A stretch of 64,000 nucleotides of DNA from the NCBI GenBank assembly GCA_012514175.1, contig JAAZAU010000012.1, positions 3,479-67,478 on the forward strand, read 5' to 3'. The stretch is from Parcubacteria group bacterium (GTDB taxonomy: Bacteria; Patescibacteriota; Minisyncoccia; Phycocordibacterales; WO2-35-19). Made by a program: the position numbers and the translations under genes. Numbering within the stretch: the first letter of the stretch is position 1; every line of letters begins with the position of its first letter. Below are positions 9,780-19,182 of the stretch, one piece after another. The notes beneath the pieces are model-generated. The model made no database searches, had not been told where the DNA came from, and saw only the letters and a list, made by a program, of their open reading frames with translations.

Positions 9780-10790
9780 TTACATAATTTTCTGAGGGAA
9801 ATAATCTTTAGGAGCTTTAGTCAAAAATTTCAATATTTCTTCTTGAGTAAGTAGACCTTCCTGAGCGCCAATTTTTTGAACAACTGACATTGAATTAATC
9901 GGGGCCCAAAGGAAAGCATCGTAAAGCGATTTTCCTAGCGCAAGAGCAGATGTAAAAGTCGCTGAAAAAGCATCACCAGCGCCGGTGCGGTCGTATGGGG
10001 GTTTTTCATCAGGATAAGGTCTCATAAAGAAACCTTCATAACCATCATAAGCGTAAGCACCTTTTACTCCATCGGTAATAGCAACAACATTTGGTCCAGC
10101 TCTGTGCATTTCTTTCAAAAGATTTTTTATATCCTGTTCGTTCGGCATATTTAAAATTCTCTTTGCTTCTTCCACGTTACAAAAGAAAACGTCGGCGCGA
10201 GCATAAATTTCTCTAAGACCTTCTACCCCCATTTTTATTTGAAAAGTGCCCGGTTGAAAAGCTAATCTAATATCTGGATGATTTCTTAAATATTCAATTA
10301 TTTCTTTGTGATAATCTAGAGAATTTTCACCAATAGAAGTAAGATAAACCCATTTTGGTTCACCTATATCAGGAAATTTATAGTCGTAGTGTTCGTGTTT
10401 AATCAGAATTGTGCGATCATCTTCAAACCATAAAACATAATGGTAATTAGTTTTTTTGTCTTTGTGAACAGTAATAAAGTCCGTGGCAACCTTGTTCTTT
10501 TGTAAGGTTGCTCTGCATTCATAACCCTGATGATCGTCGCCCATATCAGTAACAAAGGCTGAATTTAAACCAAGTCGTGTCGCACAAACAGCGGCATTAG
10601 CACTATTGCCAACAGCTTGAACCTCCTCAACAAATTCATAAGGCACTTTGTCACCAAAACTAAGAATTAATTCTGATCTCCTGCCGTCGGGGCCATCAGC
10701 GACTCTAGCATCTTTCAATCTAATAAAAGCGTCTGAAACAACATCACCGATAGAGACAAAATCAAATTTTTTTTCCGAGAAAAAACTCAT
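9780..10790 (-). CDS. PfkB-family carbohydrate kinase
   Basis: DRTGAGDAF PfkB signature and GNSANAA; start moved to ATG 10790, 6 nt after a TATAAT. Confidence 0.9.
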   Translation of the reverse strand: MSFFSEKKFDFVSIGDVVSDAFIRLKDARVADGPDGRRSELILSFGDKVPYEFVEEVQAVGNSANAAVCATRLGLNSAFVTDMGDDHQGYECRATLQKNKVATDFITVHKDKKTNYHYVLWFEDDRTILIKHEHYDYKFPDIGEPKWVYLTSIGENSLDYHKEIIEYLRNHPDIRLAFQPGTFQIKMGVEGLREIYARADVFFCNVEEAKRILNMPNEQDIKNLLKEMHRAGPNVVAITDGVKGAYAYDGYEGFFMRPYPDEKPPYDRTGAGDAFSATFTSALALGKSLYDAFLWAPINSMSVVQKIGAQEGLLTQEEILKFLTKAPKDYFPQKIM

Positions 10791-10860
10791 ATAGTTATTA
10801 TACACTTTAAAAGATTTTTAAAAAATGAAAATATGATAGTATTGTGGATACCGCACAAAT

Positions 10861-11721
10861 ATGAAAACTTTACGTGAATACATTACAGAAGCCGAAGAAA
10901 AAAAAGTAGCCATCGGGCATTTTAATATTTCTGATAGTGTTGGATTTTGGGCTGTGGTAAATGCGGCTAAAAATTTAAATCTACCCGTAATCATCGGTGT
11001 CTCCGAGGGAGAAAGAGATTTTATTGGCGTCAAACAAGTTAAAGCGCTTGTGGAAACTTTAAAAAGTGAGGGTATGCCAATTTTTCTAAATGCTGACCAC
11101 ACTTATTCTTTAGAAAAAGTAAAAGAAGTAGTTGATGCTGGATTTGACGCTTGCACTGTTGATGGCGCTGAGAAACCTTTTGAAGAAAATTTAAAAATAA
11201 CTAAAGAATCAGTTGATTACGCGAAAAATAAAAATCCAGATATTTTGATAGAAGCGGAACTAGGTTTTATTGGCAAATCTTCAAAATTACTTGACGTTTT
11301 ACCCGAAGAAATAGAAGTCTCAGATGATACTTTAACCAAACCCGATGAAGCTAAAGAGTTTGTTGAACAGTCTGGTGTAGATTTGTTTGCTCCAGCGGTC
11401 GGCAATATTCACGGTATGGTAAAAGGAGGTAATCCAAAAATAAATATTGAAAGAGTAAAAGCTATAAGGGAAGCAACGGGAGTTCCTTTAGTTTTACACG
11501 GTGGTTCTGGTATTACCGATGAAGAATTTAGGCAGGCTATTATTGCAGGCATTTCCATTATTCATATCAATACAGAATTACGCTTAGCTCACCGTCAAGG
11601 TTTACAGAAATTTATTTCCGAAAATCCAGACGAAATCGCTCCTTATAAATATATGAAATTAGCTCGCGAACAAATGCGAGCCGTTGTCCAAAAGCGCCTC
11701 GCTCTGTTTAATAATTTATAA
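10861..11721 (+). CDS. fba: Class II fructose-bisphosphate aldolase
   Basis: ADH, EAELG, AVGNIHG, PLVLHGGSG, INTELR. Confidence 0.93.
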   Translation: MKTLREYITEAEEKKVAIGHFNISDSVGFWAVVNAAKNLNLPVIIGVSEGERDFIGVKQVKALVETLKSEGMPIFLNADHTYSLEKVKEVVDAGFDACTVDGAEKPFEENLKITKESVDYAKNKNPDILIEAELGFIGKSSKLLDVLPEEIEVSDDTLTKPDEAKEFVEQSGVDLFAPAVGNIHGMVKGGNPKINIERVKAIREATGVPLVLHGGSGITDEEFRQAIIAGISIIHINTELRLAHRQGLQKFISENPDEIAPYKYMKLAREQMRAVVQKRLALFNNL

Positions 11722-11790
11722 ATTTCAAAGCCTTATTTAAAGAATTTAAACTGGACGAAATAAGGTTTATTTGCTATTATACCTCGCATT

Positions 11791-12438
11791 ATGACAATCA
11801 ACATAAAAGCCGAAAAAAGAACTAAAATAAAAAAATTGGATTCTTTAAGAAAAGAAGGTCTTATGCCAGCAATTTTTTATGGCCATAAAAAAGAAGCCAC
11901 CCCAATTCAAATTAAAAAAGCTGATTTTATTAAAGCTTGGAGAAATGCTGGGGAATCAACTGTTATCAAACTAACCACCCCAGAAGAAGAAATAGAAGCT
12001 CTTATTCGTGATGTTGACTTAGATCCACTAACTAACGAACCTAGACACGCAGACTTCTACGTGTTTCAAAAAGGTCATAAGGTTGAAATTGACGTGCCAC
12101 TTGAATTTATAGGAGTTTCTCCGGCAGTTAAGGATCTTGGTGGTTCCTTAATTAAAATTTTACACGAAGTGAAAATTAAAGCTGAACCTTCTAATTTACC
12201 TCATCAAATTGAAGTTGATATTTCTTCAATTACCGAACTTGAAGGACAGATTTTAGCCAAAGACATTGTGTTGCCAAAAGGAGTAGAGCTCATAGAAAAT
12301 GAAGAAGTAGTAGTGGCAACTGTAGCTACTCCAAGAGCTGAAAAAGTTGAAGAAGAAGCACCAGCTGATCTGTCTTCTATTGAAGTTGAGAAGAAAGGCA
12401 AAACTGAAGAAGTTGCCGAAAGTGAACCTCAAGAATAG
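11791..12438 (+). CDS. rplY: 50S ribosomal protein L25 / Ctc
   Basis: LRKEGLMPAIFYG, HADFY, VPLEFIGVSPAVK-GG. Confidence 0.95.
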   Translation: MTINIKAEKRTKIKKLDSLRKEGLMPAIFYGHKKEATPIQIKKADFIKAWRNAGESTVIKLTTPEEEIEALIRDVDLDPLTNEPRHADFYVFQKGHKVEIDVPLEFIGVSPAVKDLGGSLIKILHEVKIKAEPSNLPHQIEVDISSITELEGQILAKDIVLPKGVELIENEEVVVATVATPRAEKVEEEAPADLSSIEVEKKGKTEEVAESEPQE

Positions 12439-12471
12439 AGGTGTAAAAGAATTATGATATAATTAAGCTGT

Positions 12472-13878
12472 ATGAAAAAATACAGCTTAATTTTTATTTT
12501 GGCTTTGATTTTTGTCATTCCAATTAGTTCCACTCACGCCACCGTTGATTGTCTAAAAATTACTTCAAATTCTCCAGAATCCGATAAAAATTATTGTAAA
12601 AATGAATTGACCCAAATAGAAGCTGAGCTCAGTGAGCTCGTAGCTAAACAAAAAGAACAACAAAAACAAACAGGAACTTTAAAAGGCGACATTAATTATT
12701 TAAATTCCCAAATAACAGCTTTACAAGCTAAGATAAAAGCTAGATCTTTAGCAATTGCCCAATTAAAAGTTTCTATAAATGAAAAAGTTAACAAAATAGA
12801 ATCGCTAGAAGAAAAAATCGCTCGCGAACACGAATCCCTAGCAGAAATGTTGCGCAAAACAAATGAAATAGATAATGAAAGTTTAGCTTACGTTATCCTT
12901 TCTAAAGGAACTCTTTCTGATTTTTATACCAATTTGGATTATTATTTTTCTATAAAAGACGCTATTAAAAAATCTGTTGACTTGGTAAGAGGTGTTAAAA
13001 ACGAAACAGAAATTGAAAAGAAAACTCTTGAACAAAAACAAGACGCTGAAACAGACGCTAAAATTGATTTGGAAGCTAGCAAAAAGAAAGTTTCCCAAAG
13101 CGAAGCTGAAAAAAAACAACTTTTATCAATTAGTCAACAAAAAGAAAGTGAGTACCAAAAATTGGCAGCGGAAAAAAGAGCTAGAGCAGAAAAAATCAAA
13201 AGCGCATTATTTAATCTAGCCGGAACTTCTCAAAAAATAGAATTCGGCACAGCTCTACAATATGCCAAAGAAGCTCAAAGTAAGACTGGAATTGATCCTG
13301 CTTTTCTTTTAGCTGTGATCACTCAAGAAAGTAACTTGGGCGCCAATGTTGGACAATGTTATTTAACCAACCAAGAGACTGGTGCCGGAGTTGGTAAAAA
13401 TACCGGCACACCTTTCCTCAATGTTATGAAGCCCATGAATAAACCTGGCAGAAAAGGTGACGTGGAAGATTTTCTTGATATAACTTCAAAACTTGGTTTG
13501 ATTTGGGATCGAACTCCAGTTTCTTGTCCAATTGCTAGCGAAGGTGGCTACGGTGGAGCTATGGGGCCAGCTCAATTTATCCCGACCACATGGAAACTTT
13601 TTGAAACTAGATTAAAAAACGTTTTAGGATATGATCCTAACCCTTGGCTTCCAAGAGACGCTTTTATGGCTTCAGCTATGTATCTCACAGATTTGGGCGC
13701 CGTGGGTTCAAGTTATTCAGCACAAATCAAAGCTGCCTGTAAATATTATGGAACAGGAGGAACTACCTGTGCTTATGGTAAAAGCGTTATGTCCATCAAG
13801 GCTGGCATCCAAACCAATATTGATTACCTAAATCAATATGGTTCCGTAATTACCACCCCAACCACAGCAATGCGATAA
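12472..13878 (+). CDS. Secreted coiled-coil protein with C-terminal lytic transglycosylase (MltB/SLT_2-like) domain
   Basis: Signal peptide, long heptad region, LAVITQES catalytic Glu, GAMGPAQFIPTTW, DA..A..YL. Confidence 0.85.
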   Translation: MKKYSLIFILALIFVIPISSTHATVDCLKITSNSPESDKNYCKNELTQIEAELSELVAKQKEQQKQTGTLKGDINYLNSQITALQAKIKARSLAIAQLKVSINEKVNKIESLEEKIAREHESLAEMLRKTNEIDNESLAYVILSKGTLSDFYTNLDYYFSIKDAIKKSVDLVRGVKNETEIEKKTLEQKQDAETDAKIDLEASKKKVSQSEAEKKQLLSISQQKESEYQKLAAEKRARAEKIKSALFNLAGTSQKIEFGTALQYAKEAQSKTGIDPAFLLAVITQESNLGANVGQCYLTNQETGAGVGKNTGTPFLNVMKPMNKPGRKGDVEDFLDITSKLGLIWDRTPVSCPIASEGGYGGAMGPAQFIPTTWKLFETRLKNVLGYDPNPWLPRDAFMASAMYLTDLGAVGSSYSAQIKAACKYYGTGGTTCAYGKSVMSIKAGIQTNIDYLNQYGSVITTPTTAMR

Positions 13879-13924
13879 AAAAATAGCACTTGCTTAAAAT
13901 CTATATTGTGTTACACTTTCGCGT

Positions 13925-14155
13925 ATGAAAACTGAAATTCACCCAAAATACTATACAGATGCTAGTGTCAGCTGCTCTTGCGGTAATACTTTTTCTGTGG
14001 GCTCAACTCAAAAAGATATCAAAATTGAAATTTGCAGTAGTTGCCACCCATTTTTCACAGGTAATGAAAAGGTTATTGATGCTGCTGGAAGAGTTGAAAA
14101 ATTTAAAGCCAGAAGAGCTGCCGCTAAAACTAAAGCCACTAAATCAAAGAAATAA
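13925..14155 (+). CDS. rpmE: 50S ribosomal protein L31
   Basis: [31 protein letters not shown]. Confidence 0.97.
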   Translation: MKTEIHPKYYTDASVSCSCGNTFSVGSTQKDIKIEICSSCHPFFTGNEKVIDAAGRVEKFKARRAAAKTKATKSKK

Positions 14156-14163
14156 ATTTTTGT

Positions 14164-14246
14164 CCCTCTTTTTGTAGGAGAGGGATTAGGGGTAAGTTAT
14201 TTTTAAAAATAACCCTTTAACCCTCTTTACACCAAAGTGAGACAGG
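14164..14246. repeat. Degenerate REP-like double-hairpin element in the rpmE-prfA spacer
   Basis: ccctctttt-tgt-aggagaggg overlaps a second stem agggattagggg...gttatttt/aaaaataac...cctttaaccct. Confidence 0.5.
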
Positions 14247-14257
14247 AACAAAATCAA

Positions 14258-15211
14258 ATGTTTGATCTCTCAAAATACAAACAAAACGATAAGACTAAAT
14301 ATTTGGCTGAAAATTTAGAAAGACTCCTAAAAGAAGAGAGTGAGGTTTTAGTTTTGGCAAAAAATCCAGATATGAAAGAAATGGCCGAAACGGATTTACA
14401 AAACATAGCAAGTCAAAAACAAATTCTGTTAGAACAAATGGATAAAATAATAGAAGAAGATGAGCGCAAACAAAAAGAGGAGGAGGAATTTCCAAACGAA
14501 ATAGTCTTAGAAGTGCGAGCTGGAGTGGGTGGGGAAGAAGCGGCTCTTTTTGCTCAAGAATTAGCCGATATGTATCGTAAATACGCGGATACCAAAGGTT
14601 GGACAGTTTCTGTGCTTGATGAGTCAGAATCGCCCTTAGGGGGCTATAAAGAGGCTTCTTTTGAAATACGTGGTAAAGATGTATATAAGGAAATGTGTTA
14701 TGAGACCGGTATTCATAGAGTTCAAAGAATCCCAGCTACTGAAAAAACAGGCCGAGTGCATACCTCTACTGCTTCTGTAGCTATTCTGCCGATCAGAAAA
14801 AATATTAAAGTAACAATAAACCCAGCTGATTTAGAAATAGCATTTTCCAGATCTGGCGGTAAAGGCGGTCAAAATGTAAACAAGGTAGAAACTGCTGTGC
14901 GTCTTACTCATAAACCCACCGGCATTGTAATAAGTTGTCGTGCGGAAAGAAGTCAGCAGGCAAATCGTGAAAAAGCTATGGCTATTCTAGAAGCCAGACT
15001 TGACGAGATGGCAAGAACAGAAGATGCTAAAAAATATGCTGCCGATCGCAAAGAGCAAGTCGGCACCGCAGACAGAAGCGAAAAAATCCGAACTTACAAT
15101 TTTCCTCAAGACCGAATAACAGATCATAGATTAAACAAAAGCTGGCACGGTATAGAAATTATTATGAAAGGTCAACTTGCTCCGATTATTGACGCTTTTA
15201 AACAAATTTGA
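14258..15211 (+). CDS. prfA: Peptide chain release factor 1
   Basis: PAT anticodon-mimic motif (RIPATE..GRVHTS), GGQ motif, [16 protein letters not shown]; ATG 14258 preferred over upstream GTG. Confidence 0.95.
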   Translation: MFDLSKYKQNDKTKYLAENLERLLKEESEVLVLAKNPDMKEMAETDLQNIASQKQILLEQMDKIIEEDERKQKEEEEFPNEIVLEVRAGVGGEEAALFAQELADMYRKYADTKGWTVSVLDESESPLGGYKEASFEIRGKDVYKEMCYETGIHRVQRIPATEKTGRVHTSTASVAILPIRKNIKVTINPADLEIAFSRSGGKGGQNVNKVETAVRLTHKPTGIVISCRAERSQQANREKAMAILEARLDEMARTEDAKKYAADRKEQVGTADRSEKIRTYNFPQDRITDHRLNKSWHGIEIIMKGQLAPIIDAFKQI

Positions 15212-15227
15212 TAGGATTTCTCATTAT

Positions 15228-15920
15228 ATGACAGAAACAACAAAAACCGATCCGAAAATTGAAGAGCTCTTCAAAGTTGGAGCTCATTTTGGGTTTAATA
15301 AGAGTAGGAGACATCCAAGTATAGCTCCTTACATATTCGGTTCAAAAAACAGAGTTGATATATTTGACTTAGAAAAAACTAACGAAGCCCTCCAAAAGGC
15401 CTTAGAATTTGTATCCAAATTGGTAGAAACTAAAGGGGTTATTCTTTTCGTTGGAGGTAAAAATGAGGCTCAAAGTATTATAAAAGAACAAGCTGAAATT
15501 GTTGGTATGCCTTATTCAGCCAGTCGTTGGATTGGAGGCACTCTCACCAATTTCCCAGAAATAAGAAAGAGGGTAGATATGATGCTTGATTTAACCTCTC
15601 AAAAAGAAAAAGGCGAGCTTGTTAAATACACAAAAAAAGAAAGAGTTTTGATAGATAAAAAGATTGAAAAACTCCAAAAGATGTTTGGTGGTATAAAAGA
15701 TATGACCGCTTTACCAAAAGCTTTGTTTATAATTGATCCAAGATATGAAGAAATTGCTTTAAAAGAAGCTCTCACTCTAAAAATACCAGTTATCGCTTTG
15801 TGTGGTTCTGATACTAATATTGAAGATATTGATTACCCAATTCCAGCAAATGATTCAAATGTTGCAAGTATTGGATTTTTCGTAGAAAAAATTACAGAAG
15901 CTTGCAAAAAATTGTCCTAA
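15228..15920 (+). CDS. rpsB: 30S ribosomal protein S2
   Basis: GAHFG, RWIGGTLTN, GGIKDM, DTN, IPAND. Confidence 0.97.
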   Translation: MTETTKTDPKIEELFKVGAHFGFNKSRRHPSIAPYIFGSKNRVDIFDLEKTNEALQKALEFVSKLVETKGVILFVGGKNEAQSIIKEQAEIVGMPYSASRWIGGTLTNFPEIRKRVDMMLDLTSQKEKGELVKYTKKERVLIDKKIEKLQKMFGGIKDMTALPKALFIIDPRYEEIALKEALTLKIPVIALCGSDTNIEDIDYPIPANDSNVASIGFFVEKITEACKKLS

Positions 15921-16029
15921 TTTGAATGAGTCCGAATGGGGATTGTGAGTTGAAAAATTAGGTTTTTTTGTAATAATAATAGTTAGAGCACTAAAAGACG
16001 ATTAAAAATTTAAGTTTAAGAATCTAAAT

Positions 16030-16617
16030 ATGGCAATAACCACAGAATTAATCAAAGAACTCAGAGACGCTACCGGCGTTTCAGTTATGCAGTGTAAAAA
16101 AGCTTTAGAAGAGGCTGGGGGTGATATAGAAAAAGCTAAAATAATTCTCCGTAAAATAAGCAAACAGTCCGCCGACAAAAAAGCCAGCAGAACATTAGGG
16201 GCTGGAGTTGTGGCTACTTATGTTCACAATACTGGTTCGGTCGGAACTATGGTAGAACTTCTTTGTGAGACTGATTTTGTAGCCCGCAATGAAGATTTTA
16301 AAGCTTTAGCTAAAGATATTGCTATGCATATCACTGCTCTCGCTCCAGAATACTTAAAAATGGAAGATATTAAAGAAGAAGATAAGACTAAAGCTAAAGA
16401 ACTATTTGAGGAAGGTGTTGATAAGAACAAACCTCAAGAAATGCGTGATAAAATAATAGAGGGCAAACTTAATGCTTATTTTAGTGAAAAAGTATTGCTT
16501 GAACAGGCATTTATTAAAAATCCAGAATTAAAAATTAGCACTTTAGTAGAACAGGCCAATCAAAAGTTCGGCGAAAGAACAGAGATTGGAAGATTTGTAA
16601 GGTTTTCAATTAACTAA
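16030..16617 (+). CDS. tsf: Elongation factor Ts (short form)
   Basis: IKELRDATGVSVMQCKKAL, ELLCETDFVARN; follows rpsB. Confidence 0.96.
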   Translation: MAITTELIKELRDATGVSVMQCKKALEEAGGDIEKAKIILRKISKQSADKKASRTLGAGVVATYVHNTGSVGTMVELLCETDFVARNEDFKALAKDIAMHITALAPEYLKMEDIKEEDKTKAKELFEEGVDKNKPQEMRDKIIEGKLNAYFSEKVLLEQAFIKNPELKISTLVEQANQKFGERTEIGRFVRFSIN

Positions 16618-16632
16618 AATTAATCAAAAAAT

Positions 16633-17016
16633 ATGACAACAATAGTTGTGTTCGCTTCGTCGTTTGTCGCAATGTCAGCTTTAGTTGGTTTTAAAGCACT
16701 TGAACTCAAAGATGGTAAAAAAAATATCACTCTAAAATGTGTTGGGTTGTTTGATAGAAAAGCTGAAAAATTAATATCAAACATTAAGTTCAGATTTGTG
16801 CAAATTATACAAACAGCTCGTTTTTTAGTTTTAGTTCAAGTAAAAGTAATTTTCAAAAAATTACTTAAAAAAATAGAGGCTGACATAAAGTCAAAACAAA
16901 CTGTCTTAATGGGTCAAAAAAACATTATCAACAAAGGTTCTGTTTCTTTTTACCTTAAGAAAATTGCTGAAGATAAAATAAATAATGGGGGAGGAAAGAT
17001 AGAAGAAAGTTTTTAA
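16633..17016 (+). CDS. Hypothetical basic membrane-anchored protein
   Basis: 127-aa ORF co-directional with tsf, hydrophobic N-terminus; no recognised motif. Confidence 0.6.
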   Translation: MTTIVVFASSFVAMSALVGFKALELKDGKKNITLKCVGLFDRKAEKLISNIKFRFVQIIQTARFLVLVQVKVIFKKLLKKIEADIKSKQTVLMGQKNIINKGSVSFYLKKIAEDKINNGGGKIEESF

Positions 17017-17104
17017 AGTTATTGATTGCGAACAAAATCTAAGCTTGAAAAAATGCTAAATTTTGTTAGTCTGTGATAGACTGATGTTAGTCTTGGTTCA
17101 GTTT

Positions 17105-17177
17105 GCCGACATAGCTCAGTTGGTAGAGCGCCACTTTTGTAAAGTGGATGTCCGGGGTTCGAGCCCTCGTGTCGGCT
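17105..17177 (+). tRNA. tRNA-Thr(UGU)
   Basis: GCCGACA/TGTCGGC acceptor stem, anticodon arm CCACT-TTTGTAA-AGTGG, GGTTCGAG T-loop; CCA not encoded. Confidence 0.95.
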
Positions 17178-17198
17178 CAGATATAATCAGAAATAATT

Positions 17199-17894
17199 TT
17201 ATCTTTCAGTAGTAGAAGCTTTATCAGAAGCTTTTTTGATGTTCTTTTGTTTGTCAATCTCTTTGAGAGCTGGAATAACGTCTTTAATCTCGTCAATTGA
17301 TTTAAAGCCATAATAAACCTTATCATCTATAAGAAGAGCTGGCTGTTTGTCTTCTATTTTGTAAATTGAAATAAGAGTTTGTAGAGCAGAAAGTTGAAGA
17401 TTGTAATCAAATGAATAAACTCTGAGTTCTGGATAATCTTGTCTCAATCTTGTTAAGACATAACCTTCTTTTTCACAGTCTTTGCAATCATTTTCTATAT
17501 TAGAATAAAAATACATTATAAAAAGATGTTTACCGCCACATCTTTCATTTATTTTCTGCATCAAAATAAAATCTTTAATTTGCAGTAGGGAATAATATTT
17601 TTTAAGATTGATAACTTCTGCGTTATCCGAACCTCTACTCTCTTCAGTATAAGAAAGCTTGTCACCTAAAGTTGCCAATTCTTTAGACAAAAATTCACTA
17701 CTAATATCTTTACAAGAAAGCTCAGAAAGCAAAGAGAACTGAGTTTCAGAAGCAGAAATATCTATAGAAATCTGACTTTCTATATTTTTTATTTCGTTTA
17801 TCTTTTTTTGATTAAAATAATTACTAGCAAAAATAGCGGTTATAAAAATGATAACCGTAATAAAAAAAGTGTAAGTGTATTTTTTCCAGTCCAT
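17199..17894 (-). CDS. Membrane-anchored hypothetical protein with thioredoxin-like CxxC region
   Basis: N-terminal TM; YFYS...CKDC followed by LRVYSFD and QPALLID; 12 nt downstream of the GT2 gene. Confidence 0.7.
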   Translation of the reverse strand: MDWKKYTYTFFITVIIFITAIFASNYFNQKKINEIKNIESQISIDISASETQFSLLSELSCKDISSEFLSKELATLGDKLSYTEESRGSDNAEVINLKKYYSLLQIKDFILMQKINERCGGKHLFIMYFYSNIENDCKDCEKEGYVLTRLRQDYPELRVYSFDYNLQLSALQTLISIYKIEDKQPALLIDDKVYYGFKSIDEIKDVIPALKEIDKQKNIKKASDKASTTER

Positions 17895-17906
17895 ATCTTA
17901 GTCTTA

Positions 17907-19163
17907 TTAGCGCCATTTAGTGCCTTTTCTAACAAAAACAAAATTATAAACCGCCCAAAGCATCCAAATAGGTGAGATAAAAGTGTAGAACATTAAATAA
18001 AGCGCGCTATCTAAGCCAAATTTGCTATCTTCAGAGGCCAATTTCCTAGAGATAGCAATAAGAACAAACATACCGCTGATAGCAATAATCGCAACAAAAA
18101 CTAAAATGTTTGTATTTATATAAAAGAGATCAAAATTAAAACCTTTGGAATAAAAACCTACAGTATATATTTCTTTTATTTTTGAAATTAAAACACTTAA
18201 AAAGCTCCAGATTCTGGTAAAGAAGAAAAACACACAAGAAATGATAGAAAAACCTGCGGCTGGCAAAACAATCAACCCCAGATTGCCATATTTGGGATTG
18301 AAAAACATATCTCTATAATCAACAGCGTTTTTCAAAAAACCATAAACCCAACGTAAACGTTGTTTTAATAAAGGTTTAATCTTGGTAGGAACTACAGTGT
18401 AGATGTAAGCATCGTGAGCATTGCTGATTTTCATATGATTTTTTTGCATACGCAATGCAATTTCATTGTCTTCAGTATTATAAGCGTGCCTATAACCACC
18501 TATTTCTCTAAATACCGAACGACGAAAAATAGAAAAAGGTCCTGGGGTAATATAGATAGCATTTAAACATTGATTGGCTCTTCTGATAAAAATACCAAAG
18601 AAATATTCTGCTTTTTGAATAAGACCCAAAAAGCCCTTCGGTTCAAATACTACAGTGGAAGGAGTAACAGCCATAACCTCCTCGTCTTCAAATTTAGCAA
18701 CAATTCTTCTTAAGGCTTCCGGATGAACAAACGAGTCTGCATCCAAACAACCAACCAAATCTGTATCAATAAATTCTAAAGCATAATTTAAAGCTGTGTA
18801 TTTGCCACCGTTTTCTTTTTGAAGCAATTTAACTTGCTTGTGTTTAGCAAACCTTTGAACCACCTGCCAAGTATCGTCAGTGCTTCCATCATCTACTACG
18901 TATATAAACAATTTATTTTTAGGGTAATTTAATCTTAAGATAGAAAAAATTGTCTTTAAAATAGTTTTGCCTTCATTCCATGCTGGCACAATTACAGCAA
19001 CAGAAGGGAGTTTTTTATCAGAAATTTTGGTTTTCTTGAAATTAGATTTTTTAGAATTTTTTTCTTTTTCAGTAATTTCAAAATAAGATATAAGAAAAAA
19101 AACCTCAATATAGAGAGCGACAAAAAGAAATATGTAGGTTAAAACTTCAGAGATTATGTGCAT
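17907..19163 (-). CDS. Processive GT2 glycosyltransferase (PgaC/IcaA/cellulose-synthase-like)
   Basis: VDDGSTD, NGGK, LDAD (DxD), TED and QRLRW (QxxRW), with flanking TM helices. Confidence 0.9.
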   Translation of the reverse strand: MHIISEVLTYIFLFVALYIEVFFLISYFEITEKEKNSKKSNFKKTKISDKKLPSVAVIVPAWNEGKTILKTIFSILRLNYPKNKLFIYVVDDGSTDDTWQVVQRFAKHKQVKLLQKENGGKYTALNYALEFIDTDLVGCLDADSFVHPEALRRIVAKFEDEEVMAVTPSTVVFEPKGFLGLIQKAEYFFGIFIRRANQCLNAIYITPGPFSIFRRSVFREIGGYRHAYNTEDNEIALRMQKNHMKISNAHDAYIYTVVPTKIKPLLKQRLRWVYGFLKNAVDYRDMFFNPKYGNLGLIVLPAAGFSIISCVFFFFTRIWSFLSVLISKIKEIYTVGFYSKGFNFDLFYINTNILVFVAIIAISGMFVLIAISRKLASEDSKFGLDSALYLMFYTFISPIWMLWAVYNFVFVRKGTKWR

Positions 19164-19182
19164 AAGAGCTATAATACAATAA

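Noticed and set aside
10843-10851. Near-DnaA box TGTGGATAC, and the idea that oriC is in this window
   Set aside because: One mismatch and isolated. Perfect boxes occur singly at 3163 and 46867, with no box cluster and no dnaA or dnaN.
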